From positions 543,117 through 607,116 of the forward strand of contig JALMLS010000228.1 of the NCBI GenBank assembly GCA_038496445.1: a stretch of 64,000 nt of DNA, read 5' to 3'. The translations under genes and the position numbers were made by a program. The stretch comes from Trichosphaerium sp. ATCC 40318. Its lineage: Eukaryota; Protista; Tubulinea. Each line of letters begins with the position of its first letter. Position 1 is the first letter of the stretch. Under the pieces are notes generated by a model. The model was not told the DNA's origin, did no database searches, and saw only the letters and a program-made list of their open reading frames with translations. Shown here one piece after another: positions 38,401 through 50,562 of this stretch.

Positions 38401-41066
38401 AGTTCTATGCCTATTGCAATAATAGCCAAAGATATTCCACAAGCTCTATTAACATAGTGCTGGTACAATCTATAATGTACGATAAGTTGTAAAGTGGTGG
38501 TATCAGGTTACACTGTGTTTTGAACTTTCGGTTGTTTTGAAAGCATCTGTGTTGAGTTTATTTGAGCTGTAGATGCTCTATTTCGCTTCTAATATCTAAC
38601 AAGACATACACAAGATGAAAGTTTATGCACACGTGCTTTCCAGATGTAGTAACTAGGCGAAAAAAGTTGACAAATTTTCTGAATTTGTTTTAACGCCATC
38701 ATCGCCACAAGTCGTATAAGAAGGCCTTTGATATTACCATGTATCGTTGTAGAAAGCAATACAGGGCAAAAACCGCACTGACATGTGAAGTCGGGTTTGA
38801 AGCGTCTTGTAAGAGTACATTCGCACAAAGTACGTCTATACGAACCACAACGTACTCAGTTTGTATTAATTTTTTGTTCTAAGCTGAGCCTCATTATTAT
38901 TGTGTCAATGAAGATATAGTCGTACGCATGAGGATACTCTCAACCTTTCTACAACGGTTTTTCCTCTTTTCCAGAGAATTTTACCACCGCTTAACGATTT
39001 GAAGGCTTGTACTGTTTGTGGTAAGGCACTAAGACCATATATGCCTTGGGATAGGCCTTTTGATGTGTCATTGAAAACATTGATCTTCACAGGTAAGTAA
39101 TGATTACAAATTTATCACGTGTATACTAAAATAAACAAGACCAGCACATTGCGCGTTAGCTTTACAGTACGCTGTGTACAAAGCTGCTTATATCACATGT
39201 CATTAACTAAGTCTTAGTGTTGCAAGAATATTATGGCTTGACAATAAAAGACCACAAACAATCGTGTTACATAACTAAGGTAATCCAAAAGAATATAAAG
39301 TTCATGAACTAACACGTGGGTACTTTTTAGCAAAGGATTCGTGGTACTCGATATAAAGGTAACGCCGTCTTGTTTACGAAAGTATCAAAAGTTGTAAACT
39401 CTGTTTGTTTTTTTAAGCGTTTACCATCCCTACACCGCCAAAGCATGAGAGAGGAGATTACTTTCCTCATCTTAAAGATCTACCAGTTAATTTATGTGAA
39501 GCTTCCTGGATCTTGAGGTTTAAAACAGACAGAATTGACTTGAAAGAAAACGTGATTTGGTTCATTGTATGAACTGCCTTTTTTGTCAACGAAACTAATT
39601 TTGTGCACCAGATCCCGTCACTGTTCGCTTTAGATAGACCACTAATCTCAATAAACATGCTACAGGTAATTGAAATAATGTTGACCTTGACTAGAGGTGA
39701 AAACCATTAATGATTGTCATTGTGGAAGCACGATTTACCTTTTTTTGTTATGCTTAAAAACCTAGGCTGTTGAACTTTGATACATCAAAATCAAGTGCGT
39801 CTTCTCCGTCTCCAACTGGTAGTGATCCTCCGAGCCTCCTTGGTTCCAAATGTACTACAGCAATGTCTTAAATATCTTTTTATTTCTCGTTATAAAAACG
39901 CAGCTTTCAGAACAAGACAAGGATTCCTCAGACCCAGACTCAGACTCAGACTCTGAACTACCTAATGATTACACCAAACTATACGGTGGTATTGATAATA
40001 TCACATACTTGAACTACAATGAAAGTAATAATGAATCCTCCGATGATGAAGGATCAGAAAGGTTACCAACAACAGCGTACTCATCACTTGCATTACCTGG
40101 AAACAAAGAACAAGAACAGGATTCAGAAGACATACCGCTTCACACTGAAGCGTATGGTCAGTCTCAGAACCTCAACACCTCTTCCGATGATCTAACGGCT
40201 GGAATGCACGCTGGAGCGTATGCTGCGGCCGATGTAGGTACGAGATATCATCGTTCAAGCTTGAATTTTACATCATGTCGTAGAACAATACGTTGAAGAG
40301 AAGGACGCAGAAGTACCACAGGAGGTGCAGAATTCTGATCTTCAACAGAATTACACCCTAGATACCGATGCTTGTGGTGATTACAGTGCTTATACAAATC
40401 CAAGTATAACCCCATACACAGAAGCAGCCATAACCGATGTAACGCCTTATGAAGAACCAAACACTTCAGTGAGATACTTGAGCGAAGATGATAAAAAAGG
40501 CGAAGTGACATATCTTAGTCCAGAGAACATTTTTTTTTTAATGTTTGGAAATTTATTAATAAAACCACACGATAGTTACAATTTACAAGCCATAATCAGT
40601 GGCAGGCCTTCCGTGTAAGGCGTATACGCCTAGCACGTGCTTTTTTCCACTTCTTTAATGCAGCTGGATCAAACGCTTTCACAAGTGAAAGTGTATCTCT
40701 AGCATGCTTGGCATCATTACTACTGCGAAACACTTTGTAGACCAATAAACCACGGCCTTTTTCCCGTTGTACCACAGCTAGCTTGTCCTTGAGTAAAAAC
40801 GAAGGCAGCTCATCAAAAGACATGAGACAAGCATTTGTTTTTAGTCCCGATCTGGAATCCTTCCATCGAAGAAGAAGACAATAAGAGTTCAACAAGTGAA
40901 AAAGGACAAACTTACTCGTCAAGTACTGTTGATACCGACGATATAAGTCAAGGTACCTCTTATATCTACTTAATTTATGATAAACGCAAGCTTTTAGGTT
41001 CTGGTCAGGGTTACACATACGCAAAATGTAGAATTGCAAGATGTGGACAAGACAGAATTGACATCC
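35427..41066 (+). pseudogene. 3'-truncated copy of the IQ-RhoGEF(DH-PH)-CLU gene
   Basis: IQ IAKLQGVVRGFSQRKRY; DH APYLKLYTNYVN, IMPIQRVPRYKLLLEQLIKYTPDDHVD; PH LFNDLLLVT. Cut mid-exon at 41066. Confidence 0.85.
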
Positions 41067-42592
41067 GACTCACCACAGTGAAACCCAACGCTGTATGAGT
41101 ACAACCGGTGCACTGAATCGCACTGGACACATGCTTTAACCCTGTAATTTGAAAGTGTGAAAACAAACTAAAACATGTGTTGACTCACGACTCACACAGT
41201 TGAGTCATCAAAAAAAAAAAAAAAAAAAAAGAACAAAATGGAGAGACGCACTTGAGCAACCCTTTTCCGTTGCCATAGTAGTTTATTTTCAAGTCCTTTT
41301 CCCCATTTACACCGCCTCCTACGTTATAAGGAGTGACTAAGCGAAAAAATGTGAGCTGTCAGGGGAAAAAGCAAGCACGAGTCACCGAGTCATTTTTTGG
41401 TTTTTTTTTTGTTCGAGAAAATGAACAAAGTTGAGTGAACGCTGTTAGTACAAAAAAAATCCCCAAGTACCTATTCCATCAACAGAGCCTTCACCATCAT
41501 CCGTGTCACACTCCTATCGGTTTTGTTCCCGCTTGTACGAAGCTACAAATATTTGAGTCAGTGGGTGGTGACTCGGTTGAGAGCTAAAAGTACATGTTCG
41601 AAAAGGGTCGAGTCAACTTTAGCATTAAAAATGAACTCACCTTCGCTGTGAACGGGTTCGTCTCTGTTGAAATCCTCACTTAACTGCGCCTTGGATCCAC
41701 GTTTGGGCAGCTCTAAATGCATATGAGTCAGTGGGAGTTGGTGACTCGGTTGGGAGTGAACAAAATAAAAATATCGAAATGGGTTGAGTCAACTTTTAGA
41801 TAGCAGCGCTGAACTTACCTTCAAGTTTGACAAGACCATCACTACAATCGCCCTTGTCCTCTTCTTCCTATGATTCGCCCTTAGACAAATCTATTTAAAA
41901 AAAAAAATGAGTAAAGTACTAGAGATGGTATGGAAAACTGAAATTGTTTACACTTTTTGAAAAAAGAGCTAAAAGTGAAATATTTCAGTATTTTCATTTC
42001 CAATTTGCAACAGTTTTTAGCAAGATTCTGGGTCCATTTTCGTACTCTACGCTCCTTGTAGCGCAACATAGAAAGTCGAATACCTTTTTTTATGTAAGTT
42101 TTGTTTGAAACAGTGAAGTTATAAAATTTCGTAATTTTCACTATTTCAGTTTCCCATACCATCTCTATAGCTCTACAAAGGCGAGTTAGCTCAGTGTCAG
42201 GGTGAAAATTAGGGTCCAGTCACGACTCAGTCACACATCCTCACCTGAAGATGCCAGTGTTTGTTTCTTTAACTCCACTACAACTGTTGAGCGCTCCTTG
42301 CGAGTTACTGGGTAGGTTGAAGTTGAGTGCACGGCTCGAAATGGAGAGGCGAGATTGCTGAACCTGATCCTTGGTTTGGAGGGTCCTGTTATCTTCCACT
42401 GAACGAACGTATGAGTTGGTGTCAAAGGAAGAAAAAAAGAACTGAGTAAAAGTGCCTTGACCTTCCAATTTCTGGGCGTCTCGGTTCAGCGCTTCCCTCC
42501 TGCTGCGAATGTGGCTTCTACTGGAGGTGTTGTAGGCGTTTTTCATCACCAAGGCGTACTTTAGGAAGACTTGGTTGCCATCATAGTTTCTA
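41067..42592 (-). pseudogene. Unknown multi-exon gene remnant with GAGTC-rich introns, truncated at the duplication breakpoint
   Basis: Phase-compatible exons: ..EEEDKGDCSDGLVKLE / ELPKRGSKAQLSEDFNRDEPVHSE / ASYKREQNR*ECDTDDGEGSVDGI / VTPYNVGGGVNGEKDLKINYYGNGKGLLK / VKACVQCDSVHRLYSYSVGFHCGGV. Two in-frame TAGs. Confidence 0.55.
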
Positions 42593-42659
42593 AAAAGTTG
42601 AAAGGATCAGTTATTGGAAATGGAGAAAGATAAGAAAAAAAAAAAAAAGAGTCCGACTA

Positions 42660-43397
42660 AACACGCTGTCGGGGGTGACCTCCTGTCGGGGTTAAAATTG
42701 CTCCTGAGTCCTACTCACACGCTCAATAGTGACTTGACGCTCAGATCACGCTGTTGGCTCGACACAATCAAAAAAACAAAATTTGATATTCATCACAAAA
42801 CACGTGATTTACAATTCTTTGTTCTGTTTACTTACTATGTGTTTTTAGCGCGGTTGTTGTATTAAATGCTTTTATTAATGACAACTCGGGCATGTGACTC
42901 AAGTTATGTCATATAGGGATGGTGATAATATGACTTGGGGTTCTGTCGGGGGTAAAAAGGTGCTCGAGTCGTGAGTGGTTTTTTTTGTTCATTTAACATT
43001 ATGACTCCATGTCTGTTGGGGGTAAAAGTGGTGCCGAGTCGGACTCAACCATTCGAGTTGTAACTGACTGAGGTTAAAGAGCGGGATCAAGTCACAAAGG
43101 AGGTGTTTTTATTAACACGTGACTAGTGTACATTTTACACTTGTGTCACGACTCAGTATTCACTATGACTAGGGGTTGTGCCAGGGGTAAAAACGGTGTC
43201 GAGTCATGAGTCAGTACACGTTATTACTCCATGTATGTCAGGGGTAAAAACATGCTCAAGTCACGAGTCATAATTTTAGGTTTTCACATGGTGACTAATG
43301 TCTGTCGGGGGTAAAAATGGGTGTTAGTCGGTACTTAACAATATTTATAATGGTACTATGCATTGGCGACTGAGTCGAGTCAGTCAAAAGTCGACTC
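42660..43397 (+). repeat. Array of ~50-bp units ATGACT-N7-9-TGTCRGGGGTAAAAA-N6-9-AGTC with variable linkers
   Basis: Cores at 42667, 42684, 42944, 43014, 43179, 43236 and 43303; outliers at 41357 and 42195. Confidence 0.85.
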
Positions 43398-43699
43398 TTT
43401 AACACCACTAGTGGTAAGTGTGAGTTCAAGTGTGGCAGCATCATGCACAGAAGAACTATTCGAACAGAATTGGATCAAGATTCTAGTACTAGTGTACACC
43501 GGATTAGCTCCTTTGGCGATAAAACCTAAGTTGCTTTGCACCTCAACACTTCTTTATGACTTATTTCTACTTTTCTTGTACACCTCAGCAAATAACTCAA
43601 AAAAATTTGACAAGTCCACATTAACTTCTGACAGTTTTCCAAGCAATCCAGGGGATCTAAGTATGAGTATCTCCACAGTGGGTTAGTGGATTACTGCTT

Positions 43700-46590
43700 C
43701 CAACAAATTCAAAGAATATATTGTGTTGTGCATTTTAATCAAAACTCACGTGAAAACCCTTACATTGATGATTTCAAGTTACAACAAGGTTAAACTAACA
43801 ACCATCCTTTCTTGCATAAGCGTTACAACAAGACACAGCATACATGCTATTTGGTGCTCAAATACCACGTGAAGTAGGATACAAATACTTTCAATACAAT
43901 TCTCCCTCCACACAGCCAGCAACTCTGCACCAAGGCTCGCTTATTGTTTTTTGTAGTAACTAATCGTTTGTATTAGGCTCAATACAAGCGTTATATATGC
44001 ACATCAAACGTTTAAAAGGATAACTGGACGCAGGTATCATTGAGACTCCTTTGAAGTTTTCATATCATCCTTTTTATTGTTTACATGCTAATTATGCGTA
44101 GGAATTACCATCTCAGCCACAATATCTTCTATTCTCTTGGTATAAAAGCAGAGGTACGTCAATACTGGGTTTAAGCACGTTCCACGTGAACAGGTTTTGG
44201 AATTCTACTTTTTTTTTATTTTTCTCAGTTAAGGAATTCTTGCTTTGTTCTATGGTTTCGCAGATCTTCAACAAATTTGCATTGCAAGTAAACCTTTTGT
44301 TGTTTTTCATCTGTTATGGTTTTGTTTAAGCTGCTTCTGTGCAGCCTGGGTACTAGTGATGGCAGTCCCTTCACGTACGTAGTTTATATTGTTGACCTTC
44401 TGGTTTGCTCTAACGTAGCCATGTAGGGACACGGGAAGCTTCTCGGCACCCATATTACGCTTTTTTTACTAAATAGTTTGTTATAAAATACTAATTATCA
44501 TCTGCAAACAGTACTAAATGGCAACGAGTGCTGGTTCACGTGGAAACTGCCAAACCCTTTTAGAACTAAAGCGTTTCAGCTGAAATGCTTTGTTCCTGTT
44601 GAACACTACGCAGGCACGTTTGTTTAGTGGCTTTTTTGCTTTAAATTAGCGGTTTTCTCTACAATTGAGAAGCATTTTTGTGGCTTTTTTGACTCGTTGT
44701 AATTTCTAATTTCTTGTAGACGATCTAAAAAATATGGCGTTATACAAAAGAGCGTATAACGAGGGTTGTTTCCTTAACGCTGCTCGTCAGTTAGCTGGCA
44801 CACTGACGCTCGAAGACATTGGTGGCTTTCTGGTTTCAGACTTTTACGCCACTACAAGCTGTACACCAACCAAACGGCATCGGTAGCCGACCGAACCATA
44901 GTGTACGCCTATTGAAATTACATTAACTTTACGCCTAGATTTCACATCTCCAAGAATAACAAAAGACCTAACTGTTATGGCTATTGAACACTGGCTCCGT
45001 CACCCTCATATAGTCCTTAAAATACGGGGATTATCACTGAAGCAGTGGATGGTCACTGTTTATTCAACAGTTTGTTTCTACAAACTGGTTCGAGGCCTAG
45101 TGTCGACCTAGAAGCTCCTGGAGCTGTCAATCAAATTTTAAACGAATATGCTTTGAGAGTTTTTGCTTTATTCGCAGATCTCGTTGAAGCTGGGATATAG
45201 GTTTTGCTATTTTCTTGCTTGTCTAACGTGTATTGGGAGACATAATCGGACAATATAAGCAAAAAATCAGAGAATGCTTGGAATGTACGACAAATAAGTT
45301 TCGATAATTTCTGCTTTAGGGATCATTATAGATGCTTGCGACATGTTTTAGAGCATGCGATTACGATGCTAACGCTATTCGTTTTGACTATAGCTTTGAT
45401 AAAGAAAAGTTAAGCATGGTGACTTGTGCTACTATTGAGTGCAATTTTAAGCCGTAAGTGGACACCAATAATCGAACGCTCTCTGTACATTATTCTATGG
45501 TTTTTGAAAAACTCTTTTCAATTTTTGATCAACGAGGTACTGGCTTTGGAGGTTTGCTAGATAAGTCTTTTCTTGTTATTTAGGTTCTTGTGTGTAGCTT
45601 TGGTTGTTCTTCTCCTCGCGAAAAGAAATATCGTGGCATAAATGTGCCTTTATTGCTAACCCCTTTGTCATAGGATCTTATAGCACTTCTTAAATTAGCA
45701 CTTCTTATAAATAGCACTTCTTTGAAATAGCTCTTCTTCAATAACCTGAAATAGCTTCCAAAAAATAAAATACATTATACAATTTGCTTACGTTCTAGGT
45801 ACTTGGTCTTGGCAATCACTCTTGGCACTCACTTTGCAATCGGTACGTCCTACTTTGTTTTTTTTGGTTTTTGAAGTACTAACACCTTCTTTTTTATGTT
45901 CTCACTCTTTTGGCAGTCACTCTTGGCATTCACTTTGGACGCTCGCTCTTAGCAATCTGTCTTGGTATTTACTCTTGAAGCTCACTTGTAGCACTATGTC
46001 TTTCGATTGCGTTGCGATTGGTATGTCTCAACTTTCTTGATTTGAACCATTCTAACTTTGTGTTTATGACTTTGCTCTTTGTTTTGGCACATGTTTGGCA
46101 CTCTCTTTGATCATTTTCCCTCAAGTACGCCCTTTTTTTTTGTTGAATTGAATACACTTTGTCTTTTGTTATTTCCTCACTTCTTAAGCCTATTTAGGCT
46201 TGCTACATTTGATAATTTACTCAGATGACGTTAATCGTTCTTTTCCACACAAGTCAACATCACTTGCAACAAGCTCGAACAACAATTTTATTCATTACAA
46301 AGCTTCTATATAAAATGCTCAAGGTTCTAGATGATCACTTACGTAACTGTGCCTATAATAAATTGTTTTTACTCTGCTACATTGCCCTTTGTTAGTAAGT
46401 TTTATTTGCCTTATTGTACCTGATGATCTCGCATCATTGGAATCTATGACATGGTATTTATCTAACACTGTTGAACGGTAAAGGTCTTTTGACACTTTTA
46501 GCTTAGGCAATAGTCAGTGGAGGTTGCGTTTAATGTCAATGGACCAGCAACCGTTTATCCCACATTGTGAGCTAAAAACTATAAGACATG
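43700..46590 (+). repeat. Dispersed modular repeat family, copy C (longest, with a different middle)
   Basis: 5' block 43740-44220, central block 45663-45812 and end block near 46550-46590 match copies A and B. Confidence 0.85.
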
Positions 46591-47899
46591 GAAGATATAA
46601 ACACTTATTCGTGTTGCGTTAGAGCCACCGAGATGTTAGTCTTCCCCAACAAGTCTTGCTTGCTCACAAGTCATTCATCTAGCATGTAGAATCACCTGAA
46701 AGCGTAAAATTTTGTCAAAAAAAAAGTGTAAATTCTGTTAACTTTTCAATCTTGCGCTTGCTTAGGTCTTCCTAGAAGCGTGTGAACGAGGTATTCAATC
46801 TCATTAGCAAACACAAGGGATTAATACGTAATTTTGTCTCTGCACAGCACTCTAAGAAAGTTCTGTAGTTCTCTAGCATGTTGCCTACAGAGAATCCTAC
46901 CGACTGTCAGGAGCCGATTCTAGTGCCTTGTCCATTGCTTCTTGGCACTTGTTCCGTGATACTTTTCCTCCTTGATTAATCACTTTGCAGTGGTATTGAC
47001 CTGAAGGCGCTTGGAAGGCTGTCACAGGCCTGCTTAAGGTATTTGATGGAAGACGTCATAAGCACAAAACAAGAAAAATTCAGCAATTTTCAACAGTTGG
47101 TACACATAAAAACCCTGACGCTGCTAAGGAGGGGTCGCGTGTTCAGTATGTTTTATTTAGTTACAAGGCACATGCTAACTTGTTTTTACTGCTTCTATAT
47201 CGCATACCACACATTTACATATTGCCTTCATACCAGACAGAGCATTTAAAATGCTACAACACAACGACAAATTCAAATTTACCCAGCAACTTTGATTGGC
47301 GTTGACATGAGTAGGAGATGTGAACAAATACGTTTTAGCGCTGTTGCGCAGGTTTTGCTTCTTTTGAGGTGTCAAGCTCTTTAACATTTGTTTGAATGGC
47401 ACATTGTGATTAAAGAGCAATGCTTATGGCTTTACAACCATTAGTACAACAGTAAAGTACAACAAGACTTGTACGCAAAAAATACGCTTAATTTCTGACC
47501 AAACTTAATTTCGCGGCACATTGTTCGCACTGTTCGCATCAAATATAAACGTTATACCTCCACCTACAAAGCTTTACGGTACTAGTTTTACTTTTGCAAT
47601 TGATGATGGTACCGTGCGCCTAAACAGCTCTAAATTGGCAAAAAGGAGCAATGAACGCGTTACCACCCAACATCCCTACATAACCGCTCTTTTGCTAATT
47701 AACTAACTTTTAACCAGGACGATGTCTATTTTAGGACGGAAACGGTACCTCTCTTACGCTAAAACAACTTACTTATTTGTAGACCTTTACAAGGCAAGGA
47801 GGGCAATGTGCAATCCAAAAAGCAGAAGCAATCAATGACAAATATAGTACGGTAATAATTGATTCAAAACCATCTTTTAATTTACTTTAGCAAAAAATA

Positions 47900-49529
47900 C
47901 AGAAAATGATTGCAGTACGTTGTTACTTTTGTGGTTTGCCATTGTCTCTGTTGATTATTTAAAGTCTGGAGAGCTACATCCACCTCTGGTACTGGAACCC
48001 GCAACAGCCAATCGTATGTCAATTATTTGCTTTTGTTTTTTTTTGTTTCTATGAAATTGGTGAAACGTATTTATTTATACATGCAAAGTTAAGGACCACT
48101 ATGGGAACAATTGTGTTAGTATAGCAAAGAACTATACTGAACAGATGGAAAGATATTCATCTTCAACTTACAACGTAGAACCAAACCACAAAAATGTTGC
48201 ACTTCCTGAGGATCTTAAAAATTGCCGAAAATTGGTGGTACAATTCTAAACAACTAATTGTTTTTCTTGCTAATCTTTTCGTAGCATAAGTACTTGTTCC
48301 ACTACCCTTGTTTTACCAAAGAAGAAATACAGCTTTTACATACAGTTCTCTCTCAGTTTGCAACGTATGTAGAAGAACTGCTGTGAGTATCTAATTTTTA
48401 TAACTAGGAAATGGTACAACGATTTAGGTACTGCTAGAAGTGGGTGTGAAAAGTTTCGGAGAGAGAGATCTGCATTTGAGGCACAGGTACAAAGGCAATT
48501 TTGACTGCTTCTAATAAGTGTAAGCTGCACTTTCAAATCTTAAAGTTACTTTGGTACAAGTTGTCTGTTAGCCAACAAAACGCTATAAATTATGAGTTTA
48601 TTCCTATTTGCTGCTATGGATATGGAGACCAACTTGCATTCTTGTATGCACTGCCATTGTTGTTTTTTAATACTAATCAATACAATAGAAATTCTCGTGT
48701 ACGATTTATGACAATGGGCTACAATGGAGCAATAAATGATCAGGTATTGGGCAGCCAAGGCAAAATTATGATCAACTTCATAAACACACAGCCGTTTGAA
48801 CCTGTATCAAGAGACATCACTGATACTTTTAAAACCATAGCAAATACTTATTTCAGTTCGGTACTGGTAAACAATGTTGCAATATTATTAACAGATTCTC
48901 AGAAAAAGTATAAAGGCCACTCTTATTTCAAAAAGCTGTCATTGTTTCTGCACCGTCTCGGCACTGACTTTCTTTGTAAAGAAGAAACAAAATACAAGAA
49001 CACATGTGTTCACTTGGATTTACTTTCTCCTTTCACAACCTTGAAAAACTGGGGAGCCCTTACTGGTACGCCAATGCACATTGTTTTTTTTATTTTGAAC
49101 TTACTCTATTTATCACCAGCTGAGGAGACAAAAATGAATGAAACATTTTCACATTTGGTTCGTCATAGAATATCTCAACTCCAGCCGGATGTTGTATTCA
49201 TGAGCTTATCAGAAATGCCTATTCATTGTGTTTTTGAGTGTGAACCTTTCCAGATTGTGCCTAAGTGCTTTGTTCAAAAGAACAAGAAACTATTTAAATT
49301 GCATTATTCTGTAATTTCAGTACCACAACCAAACAACAGTGTACACCGCTTCTTAGCATTTCAAATGCCTCCCCTACATACACCATTAGGGGGTCTTTCA
49401 GATAAAGAAGTTGTTCTGTGGGGTACTGAAGTAAACAATTTTGTTAAGCAGTTTTGTAAAAGCAAACATCCTAAATACAAGGCTCTCGCGCGCAGGCTAA
49501 AGACAAGACACACTTGGTGTAATCACTAA
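47900..49529 (+). CDS. Unknown protein, possibly a type II membrane glycosyltransferase-like enzyme; 342-aa open last exon
   Basis: Longest ORF in the window. CCYGYGDQL loosely resembles fucosyltransferase GxGN/DQ motifs; hydrophobic upstream exon. Confidence 0.4.
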
Positions 49530-50562
49530 TACATTTGACTGCATATTAATTAAAGTTTTAATTTCATCAATAAACTCTATGTGCTGCATAACACTGATTC
49601 ATAATACTAATTGGAATTGAAAAAAAAAACAACCAAACGCTACAATCCAGTAGGAAAAATCCAAGAAAGTGCTACAAGGATGGTAATAAAAGGGAATGAA
49701 GACAGTGTAATTACAAGTATGACATATCGGGTAGCTAAACAAACCTGTTTTTCATGAAGAGCCGGATTTTCCGTTTCCGCGTAGTTTACATGAAGAGCTT
49801 GTTGAACTTTGACAACACAAATATCACTTGCAATACTAGCTGATCCTTATATGGGCGTTTCTACGCTTGGTACTCCAAAGTAACTCTTTTGAATAAGGTA
49901 GTTTGTTTGAACGCGTTCATGCCTGAACTTTAAGTTATGGTGATTTTGTTTGATTTCCAGTGGATAGTCACTCCGACTATCAATAACTCCGTACCACTAA
50001 CAGAAGGGATAATCTAACTTGTTGCCGATAAAGGACAATACATTCGCTATTACAGCTCCAGCCTGCGAAAAAACAAGCATAAAACATACCAGCAAGAAGT
50101 CGATAAGCAACAAGTAAGAATTGATGTGAAATGAACATCTCCGAGTAGTTAAATGCAATGTTATAGTGAGTGTCTACAAAATAGTGTTGGTGTTTGTACA
50201 AAACCATCAAGTAGGCTTAGGAATATAGGGATGGGGATTGAGAATGTTCAAACGTAAAAATAAATTGAGAATTTTTTGAGACAGGATAGCCTCCGTTTAC
50301 CACTCACAAAAAAATTTTGCACCACTTCTGCTACTATAATTTAGTACATCAGCAAATGTGTATTGCTGGTGCTGTAATACAAAGGCTTCCCTGAGCATAA
50401 AAAAAAAACATTTTTTACTGTACATGACCTGCAGCAAATGAAATAAATACAGTATTAATGCCTTTCCTGGGTTTGTTAATTGTCAACTTACCCACTGTCT
50501 ACATTATCATGACTGTATTGTACCAAATTGGGAAACTTTTCGCATCATGGGATACAAACTTC

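Larger units (their letters stand above)
33513..41066 (+). repeat. Left arm of a >=7554-bp inverted duplication
   Basis: ORFs mirror those in 56447-64000 with coordinate sum 97513 and identical translations; identity ends after gaattgacatcc. Confidence 0.97.

Noticed and set aside
41470-41713. SAP domains (LPKRGSKAQL, LRTSGNKTD)
   Set aside because: The second motif is out of the splice-consistent frame and the flanking helices are missing.
41470-41880. TAG reassigned to Gln
   Set aside because: The intact DUF4038 gene appears to end in TAG and the intact genes show no internal TAG. Point mutation in a pseudogene is simpler.
42660-43397. CRISPR array
   Set aside because: Repeats are degenerate, spacing is irregular, there is no cas gene and the context is eukaryotic. 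Kept only as an iteron-like array.
50551-50561. GATACAAACTT next to the TIR matches the LINE TSD
   Set aside because: An 11-bp AT-rich match with no copy on the other side of the TIR element; likely chance.
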